From: Promethearchaeota archaeon
GTDB taxonomy: Archaea; Asgardarchaeota; Lokiarchaeia; Sigyniarchaeales; SOKP01
Assembly: GCA_048941265.1 (NCBI GenBank)
Contig: JBHLNT010000143.1
Span: 1 to 10,863, forward strand
Direction of reading: 5' to 3'
Length of the DNA: 10,863 nt
Shown here: positions 1 through 7,585 of the stretch, one piece after another
Numbering within the stretch: the stretch's first letter is position 1
Layout: the number at the start of each line of letters is the position of its first letter
Made by a program: the position numbers and the translations under genes
Notes under the pieces: generated by a model
The model's input: only the letters and a program-made list of their open reading frames with translations
Told to the model about the DNA's origin: nothing
Database searches by the model: none

Positions 1-345
1 TTTCATTCTATCTATTAAACGATCTAAGGCAAATTTGGGTGAATCAAATTCACAAAAACCAATATCATTTATTATAACTCCACCGTGACCTCCAAAAATA
101 TGATAAATTTTAGGTCTAATTTCCTTCCAGACAATTGATTCAATTCTTTTTAATAATTTTTTGAATTTATGGTATCTTTCGGTGTTTACTTCATTTTTTA
201 AATTGACGATTTTTTCCTTAATTCTATTAAAATTGAATTTGATCTGTATTATTGGATTTTTATCAATAAAATCTTTAACTAAACCAATGATTTTGTCAAG
301 GGCTTGAATTTCTTCATTACTAATTCTTAAATTCTTATTTTCCAT
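1..345 (-). CDS. Hypothetical protein, N-terminal 115 aa; runs off the window edge
   Basis: Not in the ORF track. ATG at 345, open to position 1: MENKNLRISNEEIQALDKIIGLVKDFIDKNPIIQIKFNFNRIKEKIVNLKNEVNTERYHKFKKLLKRIESIVWKEIRPKIYHIFGGHGGVIINDIGFCEFDSPKFALDRLIDRMK. Starts 40 bp after the HD gene stop on the same strand, so probably co-transcribed. Confidence 0.75.
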   Translation of the reverse strand, partial: MENKNLRISNEEIQALDKIIGLVKDFIDKNPIIQIKFNFNRIKEKIVNLKNEVNTERYHKFKKLLKRIESIVWKEIRPKIYHIFGGHGGVIINDIGFCEFDSPKFALDRLIDRMK

Positions 346-385
346 TATTAATTAACCAAAATTGGTATCTTTATTTATTTGGAGC

Positions 386-976
386 TTATAATAATTTAAA
401 TTTATTTGTTTCTTCAGATAACGCGTCTAAGAATTCTTTCATTTCTTCTTTTCTTTTTATGCCAATTTCTTTAGCTTGTTCAGTAGATAGTTTTTGTAGT
501 AACGTTTTCTGAAAGTTTTTCAAGATGTTTATTGCTGCTCTTAAATCGGGTGCCATTGAATCTTTCCCGACAATAGAAAGAATTCTTGTAATCCCCACCA
601 TACCCATGAAATCTAAAATATCAGCATCACGGAAAAGAATTGACTCTATTAGATTGGACGGTTTAGCATAATACATATGAGATCTAATTATATCTTTTAC
701 TAAAGAAATTTTTTCTGAAGGGAAGCCTATAGAAATAAGAACATCTTTACAACAATCAGCGGCAGTATCCGCATGATCAATATTTTTTTTACGATAAGGT
801 TCAAATGCACTCATATCGTGTAAATATGCTGCCGCAAATAAAGCATCCTGGTCAATTTGTATATTCTTTATTTTAGCCAGTTTCACCGCTAATTCATGGG
901 TACGTTTAAAATGTGATATACCCCAGGCTGGATGTTGAAAATCTTTAACAAAATCGATTAGTTTTTCTCTCCACAT
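386..976 (-). CDS. HD-domain metal-dependent phosphohydrolase (YedJ-like size), 196 aa
   Basis: HD superfamily motifs in order: GISHFKR, AAYLHDM, DHADTAA, RSHM, RDADILD. Start reassigned to ATG at 976 (MWREK); the 46-aa extension to 1114 is low-complexity intergenic sequence. Confidence 0.88.
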   Translation of the reverse strand: MWREKLIDFVKDFQHPAWGISHFKRTHELAVKLAKIKNIQIDQDALFAAAYLHDMSAFEPYRKKNIDHADTAADCCKDVLISIGFPSEKISLVKDIIRSHMYYAKPSNLIESILFRDADILDFMGMVGITRILSIVGKDSMAPDLRAAINILKNFQKTLLQKLSTEQAKEIGIKRKEEMKEFLDALSEETNKFKLL

Positions 977-1166
977 TGTTAGATAATACTGATTTATAAA
1001 GATTAGAAAATAAATGATTTTAATTGAAAAATTAAAACATGAGTCTTTATTTAAGAAATTCAAAATTACTAATAATTTTATAGATTTTAAGCGTTTAAAA
1101 TGTGTTATTAACATTAAAATTACTTATATAGTTAATATCGCTAAAACCTTACTTAATAAATTCTAT

Positions 1167-1180
1167 AAAAAGATATAAAT
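1167..1180 (+). promoter_or_regulatory. Candidate archaeal BRE/TATA promoter of the 7TM gene (probably leaderless)
   Basis: AAAAAGATATAAAT ends about 25 nt upstream of ATG 1205, and no SD is visible. The AT-rich background makes this weak. Confidence 0.3.
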
Positions 1181-1204
1181 TTGATAAGTTATATTTAATA
1201 ATTT

Positions 1205-1957
1205 ATGACCTATACTCCATTTGATGCTCGAGTCTTGCCAATATTTTTTTATTATATATTTCTCTCTATCTTTGGAATTTTCATGTCCATACAAATGATT
1301 AAAAAATGGAAAGAAAGAAAACAAATCGCCCCTCTCCATTTATCTCTTGTGTTTGCATTTATTACTGTAGCTATAATAATACTCACAATTGGGCTGGCAG
1401 AAGCTGCAATAACGGGGTATTATAAAGAAGTATATAGATTATCATTACCGCTTGCCTATACCATGGTAGTTATTGCAAATGTCTTTTTATACCTTTTTGC
1501 GAGCAATATCATAGATAAGGGAAAAAATGCACTTGTTCCTATTGTCTTTATCAGTATAGTACTTATAATTATCTTCTTTTTGCCTTGGAATTGGTGGGGG
1601 GTACCTCCAGAAGATTACGCAGGAAAACTGAACATTAGACTTTATACTAATATTGCATTTATCGCATTTTCTTATGTCATCTATATAACTATAGCAGTAG
1701 TTTGTCTTGATGCAAAAAAAAAAACGGATGATCCGATTACTCGCTCGGGATTAAAATTACTCTTTTATTCAATGATTTCGTTGATCTTGTATTTTTTAAT
1801 GATTTTATTTGATAATATTATGATTGTTCTCTATAACCACCCTGGATATTCAGTATTTATATATATTGCTTGGATGTTTGCTATAGTATTTTATATTCTC
1901 ATATATCTTTCATTAGTTATGCCCGAATGGTTGATAAAGCGAATAAAGGGTGAGTAA
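1205..1957 (+). CDS. Seven-transmembrane protein (Asgard-type 7TM / HisKA_7TM-like sensor module, stand-alone)
   Basis: Seven hydrophobic segments: LPIFFYYIFLSIFGIFMSI, LSLVFAFITVAIIILTIGL, LPLAYTMVVIANVFLYLFA, LVPIVFISIVLIIIFFLPW, IAFIAFSYVIYITIAVVCL, LLFYSMISLILYFLMILF, VFIYIAWMFAIVFYILIYLSLV. Basic loops after TM1 (KKWKERK), TM5 (AKKK) and at the C-terminus (PEWLIKRIK) imply N-out/C-in topology. No retinal-binding Lys in TM7. Confidence 0.85.
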   Translation: MTYTPFDARVLPIFFYYIFLSIFGIFMSIQMIKKWKERKQIAPLHLSLVFAFITVAIIILTIGLAEAAITGYYKEVYRLSLPLAYTMVVIANVFLYLFASNIIDKGKNALVPIVFISIVLIIIFFLPWNWWGVPPEDYAGKLNIRLYTNIAFIAFSYVIYITIAVVCLDAKKKTDDPITRSGLKLLFYSMISLILYFLMILFDNIMIVLYNHPGYSVFIYIAWMFAIVFYILIYLSLVMPEWLIKRIKGE

Positions 1958-1980
1958 AATTATTTACATATTTATATTCC

Positions 1981-1995
1981 TTTTTTTTAATTTTT
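1981..1995 (+). terminator. Oligo-T tract, probable archaeal terminator between convergent genes
   Basis: TTTTTTTTAATTTTT starting 24 nt after the 7TM stop, in the 108-bp gap between convergent stops (1957/2066). Confidence 0.4.
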
Positions 1996-2065
1996 ATTAA
2001 AAGAATTTGAATTTGAATTTTAAAATTTATTATGCAGTTCATTTAAAGTTTGAATAGATTATCAT

Positions 2066-3568
2066 CTAATTTAGTAAAGAGGTTCCTACAACACTTTTAT
2101 GAGCTTTAATTCCTAATAAATTTAATAAGGTTGGTACTGCGTCTGTAGTTTTACAATAGTCTAGTTTTAATCTGGGTATTTCAGGTGAGCCTCCGATTAT
2201 TAAGGGTACAGTCATGGACTTTTTAATAGCAATGTCATGGGAGTAAGGATGGGAGTCCTTTGTCTTCCCATGTTCATAGTTAAATCCAAATTCTCCACAA
2301 GTGGATGTCATAATATCACAAGATCGGGGATTTTTAAAATATCGAGGTAATTGGTCTATAAACATTGGAAAATCAATTTTATTTGTTGCCGATAACCATT
2401 CATCAATATCATGATATTTATTATCAAGTAATTTGGCAGATTCTTCATTATTTTCATATCCAAATAGTTCCGCATCGTCAAATGTATATTTAGTCTTTTG
2501 ATTTTTTCCATGACCTTGATATTCAATGGTTCCTTTAATTAAATTTCCTTTCTGATTGTCTTTTCTCTCAAGATATATGATTCCGCTGTCAGGGTTACAA
2601 TCATCACTTCTATAATACATATATTTTACTCCTGGTACTTTCCACAAACTAGAAAATAAATCCAGATTATTGTTCCCTGTTCCGCTAGGTTTAAAATTTT
2701 TCATTTGGGCAATATTAGGATGATGATTCCATGTCTCGCCTTTAAAATTAAAAAATCCTATTGAACCTATATTAGCATCAAAATCTCCAATTTTCTTTTT
2801 AGGATAATATTGTCTCAACCCTAACTTCTGAAAATATGGCGCAATATCATGGAACTTTTGAGCTTTATAATTCCCATGATCAGAAATTATGCAGATTGCT
2901 GTCTCATCATAATAACCCAATTTTTTTAGTTGTTCTATAAGAGAACCGAGATATTTATCGCATCTGAGAAGCTCATCAATATAATCGGGATGATCAAAAC
3001 CTCGATTATGCATTAACTCATCAGTTTGAGGGATATATATAGTTAAAATTTTGGGGATTTCGTTGGAATCGAAATATTTTGCTGGATTCTTAAAAGCCTC
3101 TTCAGCAGTTTTAAATATCAATTCAGCTCTATATCCTAAAGGAGCTTCAAAATACGATCCTCTAAATATTAGATTTAAGGCACTGAAGTAATTTCCTTCT
3201 CCTGCTTGTTCAAAAATGGTTTTACAATTTGGGCTGAGATCTTTGCCAATTTTCCATAAATGATTTCTTTCATCATAATTTCGTATAAAAGGTAATTTTT
3301 TCCCTTCTGAAGGAGGATCAGTTCTTGCAACCCAGTGGTATCCTGGAATGCCACTTCCTTCAATAGGATAATAACCTGAATAGCTTCCGGTTATAATATT
3401 AGGATAGCAGGGAAATGTAACGCTTGGAAATGTTGTTATACAATTTTGACATGAAGTTCCGTTGTCAATAAGATTAGCAATATACCCAATCTTACCTTTA
3501 TTTGCTAAATCAAAGAGATGAGAAGCTCTCACATCATCTATAACGATTAGAATTATCTGATTAACCAT
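2066..3568 (-). CDS. Alkaline phosphatase superfamily protein (type I phosphodiesterase / nucleotide pyrophosphatase-like), 500 aa
   Basis: IILIVIDDVRA (first metal Asp), TTFPSVTFP (Thr nucleophile region), IITG, PQTDELMH, IISDHG, YSHD, VPLIIGG, TTDAVPTLLNLLG. True start most likely ATG 3568 (MVNQ); the longer ORF would overlap the divergent HAD gene. No signal peptide. Confidence 0.88.
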   Translation of the reverse strand: MVNQIILIVIDDVRASHLFDLANKGKIGYIANLIDNGTSCQNCITTFPSVTFPCYPNIITGSYSGYYPIEGSGIPGYHWVARTDPPSEGKKLPFIRNYDERNHLWKIGKDLSPNCKTIFEQAGEGNYFSALNLIFRGSYFEAPLGYRAELIFKTAEEAFKNPAKYFDSNEIPKILTIYIPQTDELMHNRGFDHPDYIDELLRCDKYLGSLIEQLKKLGYYDETAICIISDHGNYKAQKFHDIAPYFQKLGLRQYYPKKKIGDFDANIGSIGFFNFKGETWNHHPNIAQMKNFKPSGTGNNNLDLFSSLWKVPGVKYMYYRSDDCNPDSGIIYLERKDNQKGNLIKGTIEYQGHGKNQKTKYTFDDAELFGYENNEESAKLLDNKYHDIDEWLSATNKIDFPMFIDQLPRYFKNPRSCDIMTSTCGEFGFNYEHGKTKDSHPYSHDIAIKKSMTVPLIIGGSPEIPRLKLDYCKTTDAVPTLLNLLGIKAHKSVVGTSLLN

Positions 3569-3619
3569 AAAGCTATGACTCACTTCAATATGCAATATTT
3601 TGTGATAATAAATTATTGA

Positions 3620-3627
3620 TTTATAAA
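3620..3627. promoter_or_regulatory. Palindromic TATA box (TTTATAAA) in the 90-bp divergent gap; possible shared promoter
   Basis: Lies 31 nt before HAD ATG 3659 and about 52 nt before phosphodiesterase ATG 3568 on the other strand. Confidence 0.3.
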
Positions 3628-3658
3628 AATTTGAATCTAATAAAAGTTTAATTTTACC

Positions 3659-4135
3659 ATGAAAGAATTTAATATTCCAAATTATGGGAAAATTACAATA
3701 AGAAACATTATTTTTGATATTAATGGAACCCTTCAATTTAAAGGGCAGATTTCAGAAGGATTAATAAGCAAATTTGCTGAATTGAAAAAATTTTATAATG
3801 TATATTTAGTATCAGCAGATACGAGAGGAAATTTGAAAGAACTTGCAGATAACCTAAAGGTTTCCTTTATCAAAATTAATCCAAAAGGAGATTCTGAAGC
3901 AGAAGCAAAAAATACTGAACTCCTTAAATTGGGTAAAGAAGTCACCGCTGCGATAGGCAATGGAAATAACGATAATTTAATGCTTAAGAATTCCATATTG
4001 GGGATTAGTGTATTAGGAAGTGAAGGAGTAACAGTTAAAAGTATTTTAAATAGCGATGTAATCGTTCCAGATCCTCTTAGTGCTATAGATTTCTTATTAG
4101 ATGAGAAAATTATGATTGGAACTCTTCGAGCTTAA
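3659..4135 (+). CDS. HAD-family hydrolase, soluble P-type-ATPase-like phosphatase (COG4087-like)
   Basis: Motif I IIFDINGTL (DxNGT variant typical of this family), motif II LVSADTRG, motif III Lys (EAKN), motif IV AIGNGNND, then LGISVLGSEG. Confidence 0.9.
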   Translation: MKEFNIPNYGKITIRNIIFDINGTLQFKGQISEGLISKFAELKKFYNVYLVSADTRGNLKELADNLKVSFIKINPKGDSEAEAKNTELLKLGKEVTAAIGNGNNDNLMLKNSILGISVLGSEGVTVKSILNSDVIVPDPLSAIDFLLDEKIMIGTLRA

Positions 4136-4239
4136 CCAAGAAAGTATTTTAAATAATATACATATTTAAGATTTTAACACAGAATCCCACTCAATAGTGA
4201 GTTATATCCTAAATATCACTTTAGTTAGGAAAAATATGA

Positions 4240-4992
4240 ATAGAAGAATACAATAATGAGCAACATCTTATAATAACATATTAAGATGAGATAAAACGAA
4301 TATTATCAAATCTTTTAAGAAATAAAGCAATTGTAGGGAAATCTGAGCTATTAATTAGGCTCAAAAATAAACATAGAGAAGATTTTGTCGATTTAGATGC
4401 TGTTCTGGTCGAACTTATAAAAAGAGAATATCTATAGTAAGTCTTAGTAAAGGATTTGCACTCAGAGTTGAATTTCTTAACAAAAGACTTAATTATGTTG
4501 CCAATTCCTCCAGTTAATCTATTTAAAAACCCTAAAGATTTGATTTACCATCCCAACTTACCAATTCTTATCTCAACGAACTTATGAAATTCTTAAAGCA
4601 ATATTCTCCCACAGAAATCGATAATATAAAACTAATTAATATTTTAGCCAATCCAGAAGTCTATCAGATTTTTCAATTATTAAGATCTTCAATTGTAATT
4701 AAGAGTGATCTCGAGAAACTTAAAAAGAAGGGTGTACTGGATATTAGTAATATGTTAAAGTTACTCCGGGACTGCAATATGATTACTGTTCTTCAAGATA
4801 AATGCGAAACAGAATATTATACCCTTCAATCTGATTTCTATATTGAATTTGGCTTTCCAAAATATTTATTAAAAAAATATTAAAGAAGTTTATGAGCAAA
4901 AATCCCAGAGCAATAAAGTCCGAATTGAATATCTGAAAATACTTGAAGATACCTATCTTAATTTAAAATCAAGAGAAAATACAAAAAATTAA
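4240..4992 (+). pseudogene. Degraded C-terminal two-thirds of a conserved Lokiarchaeia protein (winged-helix-like C-terminal region); includes ORF 4584..4883
   Basis: Reconstructed reading: IEEYNNEQHLIITY*(4282)DEIKRILSNLLRNKAIVGKSELLIRLKNKHREDFVDLDAVLVELIKREYL**(4435-4440)VLVKDLHSELNFLTKDLIMLPIPPVNLFKNPKD /frameshift ~4540/ LPSQLTNSYLNELMKFLKQYSPTEIDN...DFYIEFGFPKYLLK /frameshift in A7 run 4871-4877/ IKEVYEQKSQSNKVRIEYLKILEDTYLNLKSRENTKN*(4992). No start codon or N-terminal part. Family recognition is from memory. Confidence 0.8.
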
Positions 4993-5136
4993 ATTTTTAT
5001 AATTTATTTATTCTTAATTTTTATCCCAAATCTTATCCAATATTAGTTATTTTTATAATAAATCCAAACCAGCACAAGGCATTCATCAAATAACTTTCTT
5101 AAAGGTTTTTTTATTTGAATCATAATTAAGGATTTA

Positions 5137-6006
5137 TCAATCTGGACAACCTTCTGCTTCTTGTCTATTCAATTTTATAAATGCTTCTTCCTGTTTATTT
5201 CTCTGTTCCGATTTTACAGATCTATAGACTTGACTTAAGTATTTAATTGCATCTCTCTTGCCCTCAATGATATTTTCAAATAATTCTTCTTTACTATAGC
5301 CTCCTGAAATAGTTAACGCAGTTTGAAAAGATTGCTGTGGTTCAAGAGTTTTAAACTCTACTTGTAATGCGGATAAAATTTCACCTTCCTTTTCATGTAA
5401 TGTATTTGATAAATTCAGTCTCTCTTCTCCTAAATGAAAATCTTTTGTTAAGCATGTTTCAAAACCAGTTGGTTTAGAAATCGTAGAAAATCCCGCATAA
5501 ACTCCAGTTTTATCATATTGATATAATATATCGTTTTCTTCATCGTATCCAGACAAATCGTTGTCAAAACCTTCCAATCCATTTATATCGAAATCAAATA
5601 TGAAAATCATGGAAAAGTCGATTAAATCAAAGTCAGAATTATTTTTAAATGTAAAGTAGGTATTCATATATGGCGCTTGACCTCTACGTAGGAAAACATC
5701 AACGTATAAACGGATTAAATGCTCTTCATCTTTAAATACTAATGGATTTAATTTGTTTTCACGAATCAATTTTTTAAGATATTCCCTAATATCGAAATCT
5801 AATGTAATTCTATCAATCTTTATGCCTTTTCTGCTATTTACTAACTGATATATAGGGGTCGGTTCAATATTTTTTAAAACTACTGGTATCGTTCCTATAC
5901 TTTTTCCTTTTAATTTAAAAGAAAACCATGGACCTGCGAATTCTGGCTCCGTTAAGTATAATAGATACTTTTGCTGGAATGTAATTTCTTTTATCGAGAA
6001 GCCCAT
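5137..6006 (-). CDS. Hypothetical protein, 289 aa, predicted beta-rich core with helical C-terminus
   Basis: Long ORF with a GAGG SD about 7 nt before ATG and a TGA-TAA double stop. Segment FTFKNNSDFDLIDFSMIFIFDFDING...NDLSGYDEENDILYQYD loosely resembles the beta-supersandwich N-terminal domains of glycoside hydrolases (weak). Confidence 0.8.
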   Translation of the reverse strand: MGFSIKEITFQQKYLLYLTEPEFAGPWFSFKLKGKSIGTIPVVLKNIEPTPIYQLVNSRKGIKIDRITLDFDIREYLKKLIRENKLNPLVFKDEEHLIRLYVDVFLRRGQAPYMNTYFTFKNNSDFDLIDFSMIFIFDFDINGLEGFDNDLSGYDEENDILYQYDKTGVYAGFSTISKPTGFETCLTKDFHLGEERLNLSNTLHEKEGEILSALQVEFKTLEPQQSFQTALTISGGYSKEELFENIIEGKRDAIKYLSQVYRSVKSEQRNKQEEAFIKLNRQEAEGCPD

Positions 6007-6098
6007 TAGATAGCCTCTAGTGTTTCAAGTAGCAAATATATCATTGAAAACAACTTTTAAGACTATTTATTTTCACCTCTTCTTAAATTTTAATCATA

Positions 6099-6128
6099 TT
6101 AACTCATTCAATCAATAATTTGAGTTAA
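6099..6128. repeat. 8-bp inverted repeat TTAACTCA-N14-TGAGTTAA
   Basis: Arms at 6099-6106 and 6121-6128, in the 179-bp gap between the GTPase gene and the 289-aa gene; possible operator or stem-loop. Confidence 0.4.
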
Positions 6129-6185
6129 ATAAATTATGCAAATTTAATAAAGAAGTGTGTTCTAAAATAAATTAATTGCTAAAAA

Positions 6186-7142
6186 TCAAATCATTTCTAA
6201 AAAACGGTAAGCAATATAAAGAAATGCATCATTAACATTCTCTCCAGTTTTAGCAGATGTAAGAATATAGTGAAATCCAAATTTATCTGCCACGTTTTTA
6301 ATCTCTCTTTCAGCAATCGCAATTTCATTTTCAAGATCAGACTTATTTCCAACAATCACTATAGGTATATTAGTACTTACAGCTTGTTTAATATCCTCAT
6401 ACCAGTATTCAATACTATTTAAATTCTCTTCTCTGGTTCTATCTAATACAATAAATGCGGCATTTACACCGCTATAAAATCTTCTTTTATACGGTCCCAT
6501 TTGAGTTCTTTGTCCTGCGATATCCCAGATTATGAAATTAACATTTGTGGTCTCTTCTAGTTCTAAAGATTTTTTAGAAATTTCTACTCCTAATGTAGAG
6601 AGATAACTCTCTTGAAACTTATCCTCTACAAAGCGTTTAATAAGGGAAGTTTTTCCGACCATGTAATCTCCACAGAGTATTAATTTGGTAGCGAAATCTC
6701 CTACTGGTAATTTTCCCCCTTTTCTTTTAGAAAGTGTTCTTATTATTTCAGGTATTTCGAGTGAAACATTATCATTTCCAGCTATTATTAACTCAATTTT
6801 ACTTGCGATATGTTCTGAATAAACTCTTAATTCAATATCTGTGGTAGTTTGAGTTGCGATAGTAGTTAAAATAGAGTTTGGTCCCATAGAACAATAAGCA
6901 AATTTTTTATCTCCGGTTGTTGTGATGTTCATAAAATTACTAACTGTTCCAAATTCATCCTTGATTCTCTCAATGTAATTATCTAAAACTGCCGATAATA
7001 CTCCAATTACGGACTCATTATTGAACTCTGCTCTATCCTCGGATGCTATAATTAGTCCATCTCTATCACATATAGCAATTGCTATAACGCCATCTACATC
7101 ATTCATATAATTTCTTAGCAAAGTACGAAAGAGACTTTCCAA
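6186..7142 (-). CDS. Roadblock/LC7 domain fused to a Ras-superfamily (Rab-like) small GTPase; Asgard eukaryotic signature protein
   Basis: N-terminal Roadblock signature VDGVIAIAICDRDGLIIAS. GTPase motifs: G1 GDYMVGKTS, G2 YLSTLGVE, G3 WDIAGQ, G4 GNKSD, G5 TSAKTGENV. TTG start; no C-terminal CAAX/CC prenylation motif. Confidence 0.93.
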   Translation of the reverse strand: MESLFRTLLRNYMNDVDGVIAIAICDRDGLIIASEDRAEFNNESVIGVLSAVLDNYIERIKDEFGTVSNFMNITTTGDKKFAYCSMGPNSILTTIATQTTTDIELRVYSEHIASKIELIIAGNDNVSLEIPEIIRTLSKRKGGKLPVGDFATKLILCGDYMVGKTSLIKRFVEDKFQESYLSTLGVEISKKSLELEETTNVNFIIWDIAGQRTQMGPYKRRFYSGVNAAFIVLDRTREENLNSIEYWYEDIKQAVSTNIPIVIVGNKSDLENEIAIAEREIKNVADKFGFHYILTSAKTGENVNDAFLYIAYRFLEMI

Positions 7143-7345
7143 ATCTTAACAGCAACCCTTCTAATTTGCTTATTTTATTAAAATTAATTATATATTTAAA
7201 TAATTTAAAGTTGGTTTTTTAAAAAAGATAGTTGTTCTGTCGTAAATATATATGGATATTTTTTAAATATATTTTTCAATGATACAATCCAGACATCACT
7301 GTAATATACTGTTTTAAATTCTTCTTCTCTCCATATGAATTTATT

Positions 7346-7498
7346 ATGGTTGATAATGAAATAAAAAAATATGAAAATAATATAGCAAAAATTTTGGAAC
7401 GAGCTGTATCCCTCTTCTATGATACTGATTTACCAGAATTGGCCAACAAATGGGAAAAAATACTCAGGAATTACTATAGGAAAAGAACATTTCAATAG
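7346..7498 (+). CDS. Small helical ORF (50 aa), possibly a gene remnant
   Basis: MVDNEIKKYENNIAKILERAVSLFYDTDLPELANKWEKILRNYYRKRTFQ*; protein-like composition. The frame is also open upstream to a TGA at 7280. Confidence 0.35.
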   Translation: MVDNEIKKYENNIAKILERAVSLFYDTDLPELANKWEKILRNYYRKRTFQ

Positions 7499-7585
7499 TC
7501 CAATCTAAACTTCTTCAGTTTGGTTAAAATACTGTAGCGAATAATCGGAAAAAAAGAAATTAGAAAAGAATAAGATTTAATTGAA

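Noticed and set aside
977-1114. N-terminal extension of the HD ORF
   Set aside because: Low-complexity I/L/F/K/N translation of AT-rich divergent promoter DNA; the domain starts at MWREK (976).
1205-1957. Rhodopsin (helio-/schizorhodopsin) interpretation of the 7TM protein
   Set aside because: No Lys in helix 7 for the retinal Schiff base and no RYxxW-type helix 3 motif.
3175-3363. 62-aa minus-strand ORF
   Set aside because: Alternative frame inside the phosphodiesterase gene, with no motifs.
3569-3736. N-terminal extension of the phosphodiesterase ORF
   Set aside because: Overlaps the divergent HAD gene; the family's first beta-strand begins right after ATG 3568.
3793-3996. 67-aa minus-strand ORF
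   Set aside because: Antisense shadow of the HAD gene.
4282-4440. Stop-codon readthrough or recoding in the 4240-4992 region
   Set aside because: Mixed TAA/TAG stops, two frameshifts and a missing 5' end indicate decay, and TAA terminates most genes here.
5134-5139. C-terminal selenocysteine (GCPD-TGA-TAA) in the 289-aa gene
   Set aside because: No convincing SECIS-like stem found downstream by eye; a tandem stop is the simpler explanation.
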